DNA from: a virus
Length of the DNA stretch: 64,000 bases
Strand: one strand, 5' to 3'
IMG/VR virus record: IMGVR_UViG_3300005077_000565
Location: 96,001-160,000 of that record
Shown in pieces: positions 27,884 through 37,305 of the stretch. The position numbers and the translations under genes are program-made. Position 1 is the stretch's first letter. Each line of letters opens with the position of its first letter. The notes under the pieces were generated by a model. The model was not told the origin of the DNA and searched no databases. It was given only the letters and a program-made list of their open reading frames with translations.

Positions 27884-28723
27884 TTAAACGATTCCCAGTG
27901 CACGCAACGATGCAGGACCAACAATACCGTCAGGGACTAATCCTTGGCTGCGCTGCCAGGCCATGACTGCTTTTTCTGTACCAGGACCAAAATTACCATC
28001 AGCAGCCAAGCCTAGTGCCTGTTGCACTGCTACTACCGTTGGACCATTGCTTCCACGCTTGACAGTTTCATGTGAAACCTCTGCTGGTTGCCAATCACCA
28101 CCTAAAATGTGCAGAGCATGTTCGTAATGCTTCTTACGATCTTCCAGCCCAATGGTCCCGCCGTTGATTCTTTTGGTCATACCGAGAATATCGCCGGCAT
28201 CGGCCCACTTATTCAGTTTATTGACATCCCAGAACCAGCATGCGCTCTCGAGTGCACCTTTTTTAGTGCCCAGATACTTTATAGCATCATCAATGCTGAT
28301 ACTTAAACTTTCGGCAAATTTTGAATAATTATCATGACCAGTGAGCTGTATTACACCACGTCCACGATACTTCCATCCATCACCACTGGCAGTGTCGCCG
28401 TTGCCCATGCGATTTGCGTATACAATATTGGCAATTCTTTCTGGTTGGCGATGGTATTGCTGTGCATCACGTCCAGCCTTGACAAAGTATTTGGGGAATA
28501 CTGCGTTCAGTGAAGTTGCACTGTAATTTAAGTTCTCTTCGAGAACTCTGAAATTTCCACTTTCATGAGCACACTGCGCGATAAACCCAGCGACACGTGG
28601 AACGGTGTTGATATCATAGTGTGGGAAAATTTCATACATGGCCTCAAACCATTGATCAGCATCATTATTGCCATGAAGAATTTCTCTAACTTGCTCCACA
28701 GTAAAATCAAACTCAAAACTCAT
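27884..28723 (-). CDS. Endolysin: GH19 domain + peptidoglycan-binding domain
   Basis: FIAQCAHESG, ENLNYS, YRGRG.IQLTG..NY, TKRINGG; C-terminal DG.FG..T..AV..WQ...GL..DGIVG. Confidence 0.93.
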   Translation of the reverse strand: MSFEFDFTVEQVREILHGNNDADQWFEAMYEIFPHYDINTVPRVAGFIAQCAHESGNFRVLEENLNYSATSLNAVFPKYFVKAGRDAQQYHRQPERIANIVYANRMGNGDTASGDGWKYRGRGVIQLTGHDNYSKFAESLSISIDDAIKYLGTKKGALESACWFWDVNKLNKWADAGDILGMTKRINGGTIGLEDRKKHYEHALHILGGDWQPAEVSHETVKRGSNGPTVVAVQQALGLAADGNFGPGTEKAVMAWQRSQGLVPDGIVGPASLRALGIV

Positions 28724-28769
28724 GTTATCTCCTTGCGTACATTTTGTACGTATATATTTATTTTCCATC

Positions 28770-28796
28770 AAAGAAAAGCCAGATTAATCTGGCTTT
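28770..28796 (-). terminator. Rho-independent terminator
   Basis: AAAGCCAGATTAATCTGGCTTT palindrome plus T tract. Confidence 0.7.
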
Positions 28797-28812
28797 GTAG
28801 AATATTTAACGA

Positions 28813-30387
28813 TTATTTTTCGTTAATTTTACTCTTGATGCTAGTATAAAAGTCATTGGCCTGTTGCTCTAGTTGCTCAGTGGTCGATTCACTTTTGGCA
28901 ACTTTGTCGGCAATTTTGTGTGCCTTTTTAATGGTGGACTTTTTCAACGGTGGACGATCTCCAGTGGTTTTCATCGCCTGTGACATACCCACAGCGTAGG
29001 GGTTTTTTGCACGCTCTTCAATTTGGGATTCTTTGACACCGGGTCGACGACCAGTTACTGGGACACCGGATTTTTTCTGAAGATCTCTGATAAGTTCCTC
29101 ATCATCGGGTGCAATCATATTGGCAACACGACGTGCTCCGGATTTGATTCGATCAACAACACCAGGACGGTCACCGGCTCTGCGCATACTGGGATTTAGG
29201 TCCAGCGCAGTCTGTGTGTGGCCTCCTTCAGACATGGCATCAGCAGCCGCGGGCACTGTGGTGTGGTGGTGATGTGGATTCAGTGCCATATATTCAAGAT
29301 AATGTTTGACCGCACTTAAATCTTCACTGGCACGTGTAATTTTTGCTTGAATCCAGGGCTCTAGATTATCAGTGTCCTGAATCATACCATGTAAACCAAT
29401 GGCATACTTGGCAGTTTTATATAATTGGCTCTTGGCCATCCAGCCGTCTTCATCAGTGTCGTCTAGCACACCTTCGGAAATATTTTTTTTGTTTGACATA
29501 GTTGTTTCACCTATTTTGTTTTGTTGTTCTGGGACCCAGTTACGACGATCAGCGTCATGATCATAATTGTCAGCGTCTTCCTGATCACTGTCTGCATAAT
29601 CATTGTAACTTACATCGCTGCTATGAAATGCCCGTTTACCATGGTTATATAAGTTTACTATTACAAATAATTTATCTTTTCCAAATTCTGCAATTTCACC
29701 AGTGGCACCACTGAAACGGACACCGCGCCCGGTGATTACTACAGGATCTCCGATGTTCAATGTCTCGGCATTTTCGTGCATCATGTCAACGTCGGGTTCA
29801 CCAAAAACACTGACATAGTCGGACATGTCAAGAGTATCACCGTCAACTGCTGCCTGGATCATACGATCTACCACCACATGTAGATCAACATCAGTCTTGG
29901 CGTCTTCGCGTGCATATTCCAGAGCACGCAACAAGAACGGAACATCCATTTTTACAATATCCTGGACATTCTTCTCTACTGCTTCGGCGGACATTTGTGG
30001 GCGATTGTAGGATTCTAGATCTTGTTCCACTTGTCGAACCCAGTTACTCACATCGCTGGTGCCAATTTCATCGACGTCGCCGACCCAGTCAGCAACGTTG
30101 TCCACTGCTTGCATAACAACCTCGGGCCCGTATTTGGCTAATAGATCTGTACGTTGCATTAGGATACGACGAATAATAGATTGTGCCACTGGACCATCGT
30201 CTTCGCCGGCATTGTCTAGATAACCTTCTTTTATTAGGCCCTGTCTGATGTATTCCTGACGCTGATGCTCAAGTTCTTGTAGTTTGGCATCCCAGTGACG
30301 GGCACGCTCATCCATGTCATAACCAGATTTTTTTAATTGCTTGCTTAGTTTGTCTGCAAATTTGTTTTTTATTTGTTTGTTTGACAT
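28813..30387 (-). CDS. Modular polyprotein, probable head-internal protein
   Basis: Unrelated 40-80 aa segments separated by IKE/G, ISE/G, MSE/G, VKE/S type sites; one KOW-like module. Confidence 0.65.
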   Translation of the reverse strand: MSNKQIKNKFADKLSKQLKKSGYDMDERARHWDAKLQELEHQRQEYIRQGLIKEGYLDNAGEDDGPVAQSIIRRILMQRTDLLAKYGPEVVMQAVDNVADWVGDVDEIGTSDVSNWVRQVEQDLESYNRPQMSAEAVEKNVQDIVKMDVPFLLRALEYAREDAKTDVDLHVVVDRMIQAAVDGDTLDMSDYVSVFGEPDVDMMHENAETLNIGDPVVITGRGVRFSGATGEIAEFGKDKLFVIVNLYNHGKRAFHSSDVSYNDYADSDQEDADNYDHDADRRNWVPEQQNKIGETTMSNKKNISEGVLDDTDEDGWMAKSQLYKTAKYAIGLHGMIQDTDNLEPWIQAKITRASEDLSAVKHYLEYMALNPHHHHTTVPAAADAMSEGGHTQTALDLNPSMRRAGDRPGVVDRIKSGARRVANMIAPDDEELIRDLQKKSGVPVTGRRPGVKESQIEERAKNPYAVGMSQAMKTTGDRPPLKKSTIKKAHKIADKVAKSESTTEQLEQQANDFYTSIKSKINEK

Positions 30388-30388
30388 T

Positions 30389-32112
30389 TTATCTTCCGGT
30401 ATTGAATTTGTTTTTTAGAGCATTTATAGCAACTGTTTTATGCTCGGGCGATGCATCACTTGACGCGATGTCGCGGATCATTTTATTTAATCTTTGCTCG
30501 AATTCCCATTCAGGATCAGTGTCTGCTACGGGCATATCACGCACGGGTTCATCTTTAGGGCGTATATTGGATAGATCATGTCTCACAGCACCGGCTCCGA
30601 ATGTATGACCATGTGGGTTAATTGGATTGACAAATTTTAAAGATTCGCCAGTTACCTCTTCGACACTGACAATCTTAGCCCGGCTGTAGTGGCGTGCAAA
30701 ACGTTCGCGTGCTGTGCGTTCTGATTGTGCGTGAACACGGAATCGTTTACGTCCGCCTTCGGCTAGGTCAGCGGTAATGATGAAACTGCGATTCATAGTA
30801 CGAGCAGCGTGTAGCAGTCCGCTGGGATCACTTTCCTGTACGCCTTGCTCATCTAATGCATCGCCGACGTTCATAGGTTCATCGCCCACAGACGGTTTAT
30901 ACTCTGCTGGCTCTAGTCCACGGATAGCACGATAGGCAGCATCTAGAATTTCCATCTTTGTAGGATGATCCAAACCTGCGTACCAGGATTCTCGTTGCAG
31001 TTGATCAAACACTTCTCGGCGTTCTGCGTTCTCAAAATCTTCGTCATAGTCCCAGTAAGTGAACTGCTTTCTCTGGCCTTCGATGTCAAAAGTCAGCACC
31101 ATCTGATCTAAATCGTAGTCTGATTTAACAACACTGATGCCTTCCGACGATCGTCCTGGCCCACCATGTGCTTGGGAGTACGATACAACCAGTAGCGTGG
31201 CTCACCTTTACCAGCACTCTGTGTGCGTGTCCACAGCGTGTATCCACTCTGATAACTAGTGACATCATCGCTGCCCCAGCCTTCCGCCACACCTTGCTGA
31301 CCATATTCGTCTTCAAGACGATCCATCATGTGATCCTGTATTTTTTCAAAGTCGTCATCAGGGTGCAATCCATGGGTCCTAGAAATTTCATCATACATGT
31401 CTTGAAGTGTGCGTTGCACGCCGTGACCCAGTGAACCGCTGAGGCCAGCATAAATCATTTCGTAACCGTCGGCACCGGCGGCCGCAATTTGGGCCAGTGC
31501 CGCATCAATTTCTAACCCGACTTCTTCGTTTACATTCTTACTGGCATTAGGTACGCAGTTGGGGACTGTTTTCCCATTTTTTTTCTTGGTTCCTACTGGA
31601 TGGTATCCCCGCCAGCAAGGGTTGTCTTCGGGATCCTTCAATCCTTCAGTTGTTGAGGCGTTGTCTACTGGAACATTTTTATAGACACGCTTCGCAGGAT
31701 CATAGACAGTTTTCATAGGTCCTTGGCTAGCTAATTTTTTAACCTTGGCTATTTTTTCGTCCCATTCTGGACCGTATTCTGTTTCTTTCGCTTCTTCAAC
31801 ACTTAGTTGCTTTTTAATATAAGCGATACGTTTTGCAATAGCATCTTGCTTGGACCAAAAACTATAGTCGTCGCTGTATTGATACTGTGGATCAAACTCG
31901 GCCTGCAGTTGTTTTAGCTCTGCTGCAAGTGCTGCACGATCCACTGGAGCCGCTGGTTGTGGTGCGGCAGGTGCAGCGGCAGGTTTTCGTGTCTGCGGTC
32001 CGTGACGTACGGTGCCACCGTGTTGTTTAGCAAAAGCTGCCAACTGATCAGCCAGACTACTTTCTGTTAGATCCTGGTACTTTGTTGTTTGTTTGACTAT
32101 TTTTTTAGACAT
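30389..32112 (-). CDS. Modular polyprotein split by a frameshift near 31140 (ORFs 31108-32112 and 30389-31102)
   Basis: Downstream frame is open upstream of its ATG as EGISVVKSDYDLDQM; upstream ORF ends in a rare TAG. Confidence 0.6.
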
Positions 32113-32130
32113 GCTGATTCTCAGTAATTA

Positions 32131-32355
32131 TTAATAAATCCGTTTTATCATGATTGGATATCCGACAACACCCTGCTTTTTGCGATCAAATTTCTTAGCA
32201 AATTTACTATTAGGCCCATAACCATGTGGGTCTACTGCGCGGCGTGCATCGCCGGACTTGGTTCCCGGTGTCATGGGCATCACCACACTGGACATGAGGG
32301 CACTACCAGTACCACCGGCCGTGGCATCTTCGGAAATAATATCATGTATTTTCAT
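32131..32355 (-). CDS. Small protein with capsid-targeting-like N-terminus
   Basis: MKIHDIISE; TAAATA 5 nt upstream. Confidence 0.65.
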   Translation of the reverse strand: MKIHDIISEDATAGGTGSALMSSVVMPMTPGTKSGDARRAVDPHGYGPNSKFAKKFDRKKQGVVGYPIMIKRIY

Positions 32356-32376
32356 AATATTATTTATCGTATCAGG

Positions 32377-32619
32377 TTAGTAAAGTTTGGTGATGTTGCG
32401 TGCCAGTGAACGATCCTGTTTAACGGTACTGCGAACCATTTTTTTCTTTTTGGCTCTGACTTCTCTGGAATGATGCGGATCTAGTAGATCTAGATCAGTG
32501 TTGTCTGGTAACCCTGAATATGAAAGAGCATCGAATTTCGCGACACTGTTCATAGGGCCAATGGTGACATCCAACTCATCGATGTTTATTTTTTTGCAAG
32601 GCATGGCCCGATTCCCCAA
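32377..32619 (-). CDS. Hypothetical protein
   Basis: 80-aa ORF; start uncertain. Confidence 0.5.
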   Translation of the reverse strand: MGNRAMPCKKINIDELDVTIGPMNSVAKFDALSYSGLPDNTDLDLLDPHHSREVRAKKKKMVRSTVKQDRSLARNITKLY

Positions 32620-32622
32620 GTA

Positions 32623-33309
32623 TTAACGTTTACACGACTTTTTTCTAACTTCAGTGATATAGTTGATTAATTCAGTTTTTGCAAATTCAAAATCTTCACG
32701 ACGCATCAGTGGCAGACTAAACCAATGTTTGAACCAAGCGTCGGTGCCAGGTACTAGATTTTTCTTTCTAGCCTGCTGAGCTAGCTCGGTACCAGTGACA
32801 CTGATGTTTTCTGACATGTCCTGACAACCGAAGTCTTCGGCGACACGAGCACCAGCACGCCACTGGTAACAACTCCAATAGCGTGGTGTGGTACGATCGC
32901 GTGCATCATCACAGTTATGTCTAGCACGGAAATTTCGGCGACGATCTGGATCATCTCTTTTGATCTCCATGTTGGGGTCACCGAAACGTACAATAACAAC
33001 ATTCCCTGCATCGTTCTTAACATAGACTGCAAATTTTCTCGGACCCCCGGGAGTTCTGAATGGTTTGTTTAAAGTCACCTTTCTACCCTTGTATTCGGCT
33101 TCGGGTAGTAACTCTGTGGAAGGTATCAGATCATCATCTTCGAACGAATGTACTCGTCTTTCTACTCGATTAACCCAGTCCTTGCTGGGTTTCTGATCAC
33201 GATCACCGCGATAGTACTGCAATACTTTATCGGGATTGGATTTACTGACCAGTGCCCAACGTCCGTCAACACGGCGTAAATCTTCGTTGATAATGTCTGA
33301 TAATTTCAT
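32623..33309 (-). CDS. Modular protein with capsid-targeting-like N-terminus
   Basis: MKLSDIINE; modules bounded by LPE/A, VAE/D, MSE/N. Confidence 0.7.
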   Translation of the reverse strand: MKLSDIINEDLRRVDGRWALVSKSNPDKVLQYYRGDRDQKPSKDWVNRVERRVHSFEDDDLIPSTELLPEAEYKGRKVTLNKPFRTPGGPRKFAVYVKNDAGNVVIVRFGDPNMEIKRDDPDRRRNFRARHNCDDARDRTTPRYWSCYQWRAGARVAEDFGCQDMSENISVTGTELAQQARKKNLVPGTDAWFKHWFSLPLMRREDFEFAKTELINYITEVRKKSCKR

Positions 33310-33321
33310 ATTTCACCTATA

Positions 33322-33756
33322 TTAGAGTTTGACACGACCCTCATTTAATAGTCGTTGTCGGTTAACCTGATGCTCGTCTTGTACGTCCTGTTTATTCTGA
33401 CCCCAGTAAGCCACAGCATAACCATCTTCGCACATCTTCTTATTAATATTTACACCATCTGCAAACACATGTCCTAGAATTCGACCAAACTTCTCCTGTT
33501 CATTGTCAATTTCTGTCTTAACAATAACTATTGTGGCATGTGATAGATGTTCTTTCAAATATTCCTTGCTGGCAAGACCGAATACTTTTTCAGTGTCATC
33601 AGCAGTTCTTGATTCTGGAGTATCAATACCGGCCATGCGTACTCGACCTTCTAGTAAAACATTGAATCCCAGATCAATTATACAATCAAATGTATCCCCA
33701 TCAACCACTCGTGTAATTGTTTTCACGCGGTATGCGTATAGTGTAGGCTCGCTCAT
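33322..33756 (-). CDS. Thermonuclease (SNase-like)
   Basis: VVDGDT, VRMAGIDTPE, KFGRIL, GYA. Confidence 0.92.
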   Translation of the reverse strand: MSEPTLYAYRVKTITRVVDGDTFDCIIDLGFNVLLEGRVRMAGIDTPESRTADDTEKVFGLASKEYLKEHLSHATIVIVKTEIDNEQEKFGRILGHVFADGVNINKKMCEDGYAVAYWGQNKQDVQDEHQVNRQRLLNEGRVKL

Positions 33757-33814
33757 ATGTTCCTCTGTATAAGATTAATCCAGGGTTCTCACTCCTAGCT
33801 GGATTACAGGCGAT

Positions 33815-33850
33815 AAAAAACCCCTGCAGGATATTTATCCGTACAGGGGT
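33815..33850 (-). terminator. Terminator with TAAATA late-promoter motif as its loop
   Basis: ACCCCTGTACGGA-TAAATA-TCCTGCAGGGGT-TTTTT. Confidence 0.75.
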
Positions 33851-33871
33851 GTTTTTAAATAAGAAAGAATC

Positions 33872-34279
33872 TTATTCAGTGTCGCCTTCGAGGTTAGTTG
33901 CACCAGTCATGCTGGCATCTGTACCTGCTTCTTCTACTTCAGCGGCACCGTCAGTAGTTGATGTTGAGAAGTTCCAGGGGTATGTATTGCCGTTGTCAGC
34001 AGTCATCTTACGACCTGAAATTTTAACAACCTGAACAACCGTTGTGTCGTCCAGTTTCATAGTGATACTCATTTCTCCGGCTGCCAGCGATCCAGCTGCC
34101 TTGTCAACTAGTACACAAGTAGCAGTGGTGCCACTGGCGTCCTTACAGACAAATCGCTTGCTGCCTTTTTGTTTTACGATATAACCAGGAACACTGGCAG
34201 TGCCGTTGTGAAATTGTACTTTGATTTCGTTGCCACTGTCGGGTGTACCGAAGTTACGTTTATTTAATGGGCGTCCCAT
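33872..34279 (-). CDS. Probable virion structural protein
   Basis: Late promoter, AAGGAGA RBS, own terminator, Thr/Gly/Ala-rich. Confidence 0.65.
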   Translation of the reverse strand: MGRPLNKRNFGTPDSGNEIKVQFHNGTASVPGYIVKQKGSKRFVCKDASGTTATCVLVDKAAGSLAAGEMSITMKLDDTTVVQVVKISGRKMTADNGNTYPWNFSTSTTDGAAEVEEAGTDASMTGATNLEGDTE

Positions 34280-34347
34280 TGTTTTCTCCTTGACGTTCTA
34301 GGTCTACGGGGTGGCGACCCCATAAGTTCGTTATCGAACAGTAGTAT

Positions 34348-34755
34348 TTATTGCCGCCGCACCAGTTGTGCTATGAATTTGTATTGTTCCCAGGCTTCAC
34401 GTAACTGTGGTATATCATCTAGACGATCGTCGGGTATTGTTAATTCCAGCCAGGGTGTCCAGCTCAGTGGCTGATTTCGGATGTTGCTGTGTCGATATGT
34501 GTGTATTTTGTTGTCGAACATTAGGTCGTCAATCACAGCAAAGACGTTGTCGCGATCCAGTCCAGACCAAGCCGGCGCTGATATCAGCGTCGGACTATTG
34601 TATTCAATCCAGCAATGATCTCGATCCCGACTGTTTTCAAAATCGTACCCAATTACATCTATTACTATGAGTACATCTTCAATGTCAACAGAACCCTGAA
34701 CTAGGTCTCTGATACATTGACTAAAAACAGTTCCTACAAGCATTAAATAATCCAA
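34348..34755 (-). CDS. Hypothetical protein, paralogue of 34792-35202
   Basis: VG..FS.C.RD...G.VDI.DVL.. and AWEQY shared. Confidence 0.75.
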   Translation of the reverse strand: MDYLMLVGTVFSQCIRDLVQGSVDIEDVLIVIDVIGYDFENSRDRDHCWIEYNSPTLISAPAWSGLDRDNVFAVIDDLMFDNKIHTYRHSNIRNQPLSWTPWLELTIPDDRLDDIPQLREAWEQYKFIAQLVRRQ

Positions 34756-34791
34756 ATATAATATCAGTAGTATAAACTGGTATTTATTTTG

Positions 34792-35202
34792 TTATTGTAT
34801 CAATGACGCGATAGTCTGATATTGTTCCCAGGCTTCTTTGGCAGCTGGTATGTTATTCAAATCTTCCGGAGTTATTATTAAATCATACCAGTGGTATTTT
34901 AGCCTTGGTGGATTGATACCAAATTTTCTCGGCTGATGCAGCTTACCAGAATCCCAGAGTTCCTGCGCGATGTTGCGAATTTTTGCCTCATCATCGTCAG
35001 TAAAATCGCTCCATTCGTGTTGAACCCAGGGCGATCGGTGTCTGATATTGGTGCCACGATATCCATGCCAGATTGCACCCCATTGTTCATCATCACGCGG
35101 ATCAAAATCTGTCCTTGCAATAATGACCAGTACATCATCAATATCTACCACCCCAGTGGCAATGTCTCGCAGACATCTACTAAAACTTAATCCTACTCTC
35201 AT
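34792..35202 (-). CDS. Hypothetical protein, paralogue of 34348-34755
   Basis: Same shared motifs. Confidence 0.8.
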   Translation of the reverse strand: MRVGLSFSRCLRDIATGVVDIDDVLVIIARTDFDPRDDEQWGAIWHGYRGTNIRHRSPWVQHEWSDFTDDDEAKIRNIAQELWDSGKLHQPRKFGINPPRLKYHWYDLIITPEDLNNIPAAKEAWEQYQTIASLIQ

Positions 35203-35204
35203 AA

Positions 35205-35495
35205 TCAAATAATCAAAAGACGCACCAGTGCTACACTATCAATACTAACCAACAGTGCGTAGTTGGCAATCATCCCTGTAGAACGTCGGGTCCAGGCAGC
35301 CCAGGCGAAAATAGCACACTGTGTGATAAACAATGGATACAGAATCAGGAAGGGCGGCTCGGGCACAGTCAACATCATAGTGACGCTACAGCCGATGCTG
35401 AGAAACCAAGCAACAATTTCCAAGACGCAACGTAGTGGATTACTACGCCAATCTTCACGAATCCAATCGACGATTCCAGAAATAAATTTACGCAT
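35205..35495 (-). CDS. Small 3-TM membrane protein
   Basis: LE..W, P....LYP, RR pattern as in 26201-26485. Confidence 0.7.
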   Translation of the reverse strand: MRKFISGIVDWIREDWRSNPLRCVLEIVAWFLSIGCSVTMMLTVPEPPFLILYPLFITQCAIFAWAAWTRRSTGMIANYALLVSIDSVALVRLLII

Positions 35496-35501
35496 TTGTG
35501 T

Positions 35502-35530
35502 ATTATACATTTTCAATACTAAGATGTCAA
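35502..35530 (-). promoter_or_regulatory. Consensus sigma70 promoter
   Basis: TTGACA-N17-TATAAT, 6 nt before ATG. Confidence 0.8.
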
Positions 35531-35558
35531 TTCTCTTGCTAGAACACTAAATAGTTTT

Positions 35559-36248
35559 ATGAATATTTACTATGTTTATCAACTAGTTGATCCTCGCAAT
35601 AATAAACCTTTTTATATCGGAGAAGGAAAGGGTAATAGAGCCTGGAGTCATTTATCTTTTAACAGTGGTTGTAATAATCCGCACAAAGATAGAATAATAC
35701 GTAAAATACAGTCTCAGGGGTTAGAAGTTGAAGTTCAAATTATTAAAGAAAATTTGTCAAAAGAAGAGTCACGAGAGTACGAAAAACAAATAATCAATTC
35801 TATAGGGCTAGAAAATTTATCTAACATTTGTCAGGATGCCAATCCGCCTATACTATCAGGAACTAGTAATGGATTTTATGGTAAAACTCACACAAACAAA
35901 ACAAAACATATATTAGGATTAGTTAATAAGGGCAGAGATATAAAAACTAAAGAAGGAAAAGAGGCCATTAGCCGATCCTTAAAGAAACGCTGGCAAGATC
36001 CTGTACTAAGAGAAAGACAACTCGATGCTCTTAGGGCCAGAAAAGGTGAAAAAAGAAGTCAGCAAGCAAAAGAATCATATAAAAAATCAGCCGCTCAACG
36101 AGATGCTAACATGACTTCCGAAGATAGATCGTTGCGATCTAAAAAAGGTGCTGATACTAAAAAATTAAAGTATGCCGGGATGAAACGGCAAGCGTATGTC
36201 GATCAAGACGGCAATAAGAGATTTAGATACGTCCCTCTAGTTGATTAA
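35559..36248 (+). mobile_element. Free-standing GIY-YIG homing endonuclease
   Basis: YVYQLVDP...FYIG.G...R, NUMOD3-like NGFYGKTH; AT-rich, opposite strand, TAAATA upstream. Confidence 0.85.
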
Positions 36249-37242
36249 ACAATTCCAATGATGCTAAGTTTTTACCTTTTGCCTCGGCCATAATATCGGC
36301 CCAGTTTAAGTGAGACAACGCCCATTCATTTATTTTTTTATTGGTGTAAAAATCACTATGAGCACGTAATTTAGCTTTTTTTGTGTCGACTAACATTTCT
36401 TCCATTAATGGAATTTTGTTGCTGAATTTTGAGATGTATTCGTCTCTTGATTGACTATAGTGAATAACTGGTCGAACGCCGCACCAACTATCAATCACTT
36501 GTTGAATACGGCTGTCAAAATACTCAATGTATTCTTCATCTTTAATAAGATGATGATGAATATCTAACACAATTGCTGCTTTATCTTTAAGTGCTAATAG
36601 ATCATCGAGCCCTTGTTGGTATTCGTCATTTTCGAGAGTCAAACAATTTCGTGATTCGGGACTCATCAGACTCCAGGCGTCATTGAATCCTCTAACTCCT
36701 CGACTGCCACTTAAATGAATGTTAAGTTTGAAATCTAACTTGGATTTACCATACCCCATCCACCGAATCATATCTGCATGATATTCTAATTCTTCTATAG
36801 ATCTCTTAACCACATCAGGATTATCACTAACAATACAACAAAACTGACCGGGATGAAAACTAAGGCGAACTCCGCGTTGCCGTGCTGCCTCCCCCACTCG
36901 CGCAAAATGTGTTTCGCAATAATTCCTAACGTCTAAACGGCGCCAGAAGTAATTCCAGCTGGGCTCGGTATAGACTGGCAATATGTCACTGCCCAGTCTT
37001 ACCATACGTAGGTTTTCCTCCAGTGATCCTACACGCTCTACCAGCAACTGAATGGAATTAATGTTGCTTGACATTAGATCCCAGAGCTTTTGTTCAGCGA
37101 CTTCACGTGTTTGCCGATTCAACCAGGCCACTGTAGTGGTTCCTGTATTATATCGTTTAGCATCGTCACGTGGACGAATACCATTGACCTGATCCGGGCG
37201 ATCAATCCATTTACAGGCGAATCCCAGACGTTTTGTTACCAT
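36223..37242 (-). CDS. uvsE: UV-damage endonuclease
   Basis: RLGFAC, RLGSD, RLSFHPGQF, LEYH, LENDE, LDIHHH, HSD, EAK. Confidence 0.93.
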   Translation of the reverse strand: MVTKRLGFACKWIDRPDQVNGIRPRDDAKRYNTGTTTVAWLNRQTREVAEQKLWDLMSSNINSIQLLVERVGSLEENLRMVRLGSDILPVYTEPSWNYFWRRLDVRNYCETHFARVGEAARQRGVRLSFHPGQFCCIVSDNPDVVKRSIEELEYHADMIRWMGYGKSKLDFKLNIHLSGSRGVRGFNDAWSLMSPESRNCLTLENDEYQQGLDDLLALKDKAAIVLDIHHHLIKDEEYIEYFDSRIQQVIDSWCGVRPVIHYSQSRDEYISKFSNKIPLMEEMLVDTKKAKLRAHSDFYTNKKINEWALSHLNWADIMAEAKGKNLASLELFNQLEGRI

Positions 37243-37305
37243 ATTTTATCCATTTACAAGCAAACACATAAATATATTATACAACATTATTTAATAAAAG
37301 TCAAC

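Noticed and set aside
31108-31110. TAG read-through or alternative genetic code
   Set aside because: The same frame hits TGA four codons later and the downstream ORF is in another frame; core genes are intact in code 11
37090-37305. N-terminal extension of the 329-aa ORF
   Set aside because: Overlaps uvsE antisense; the GIY-YIG domain and late promoter point to ATG 37306
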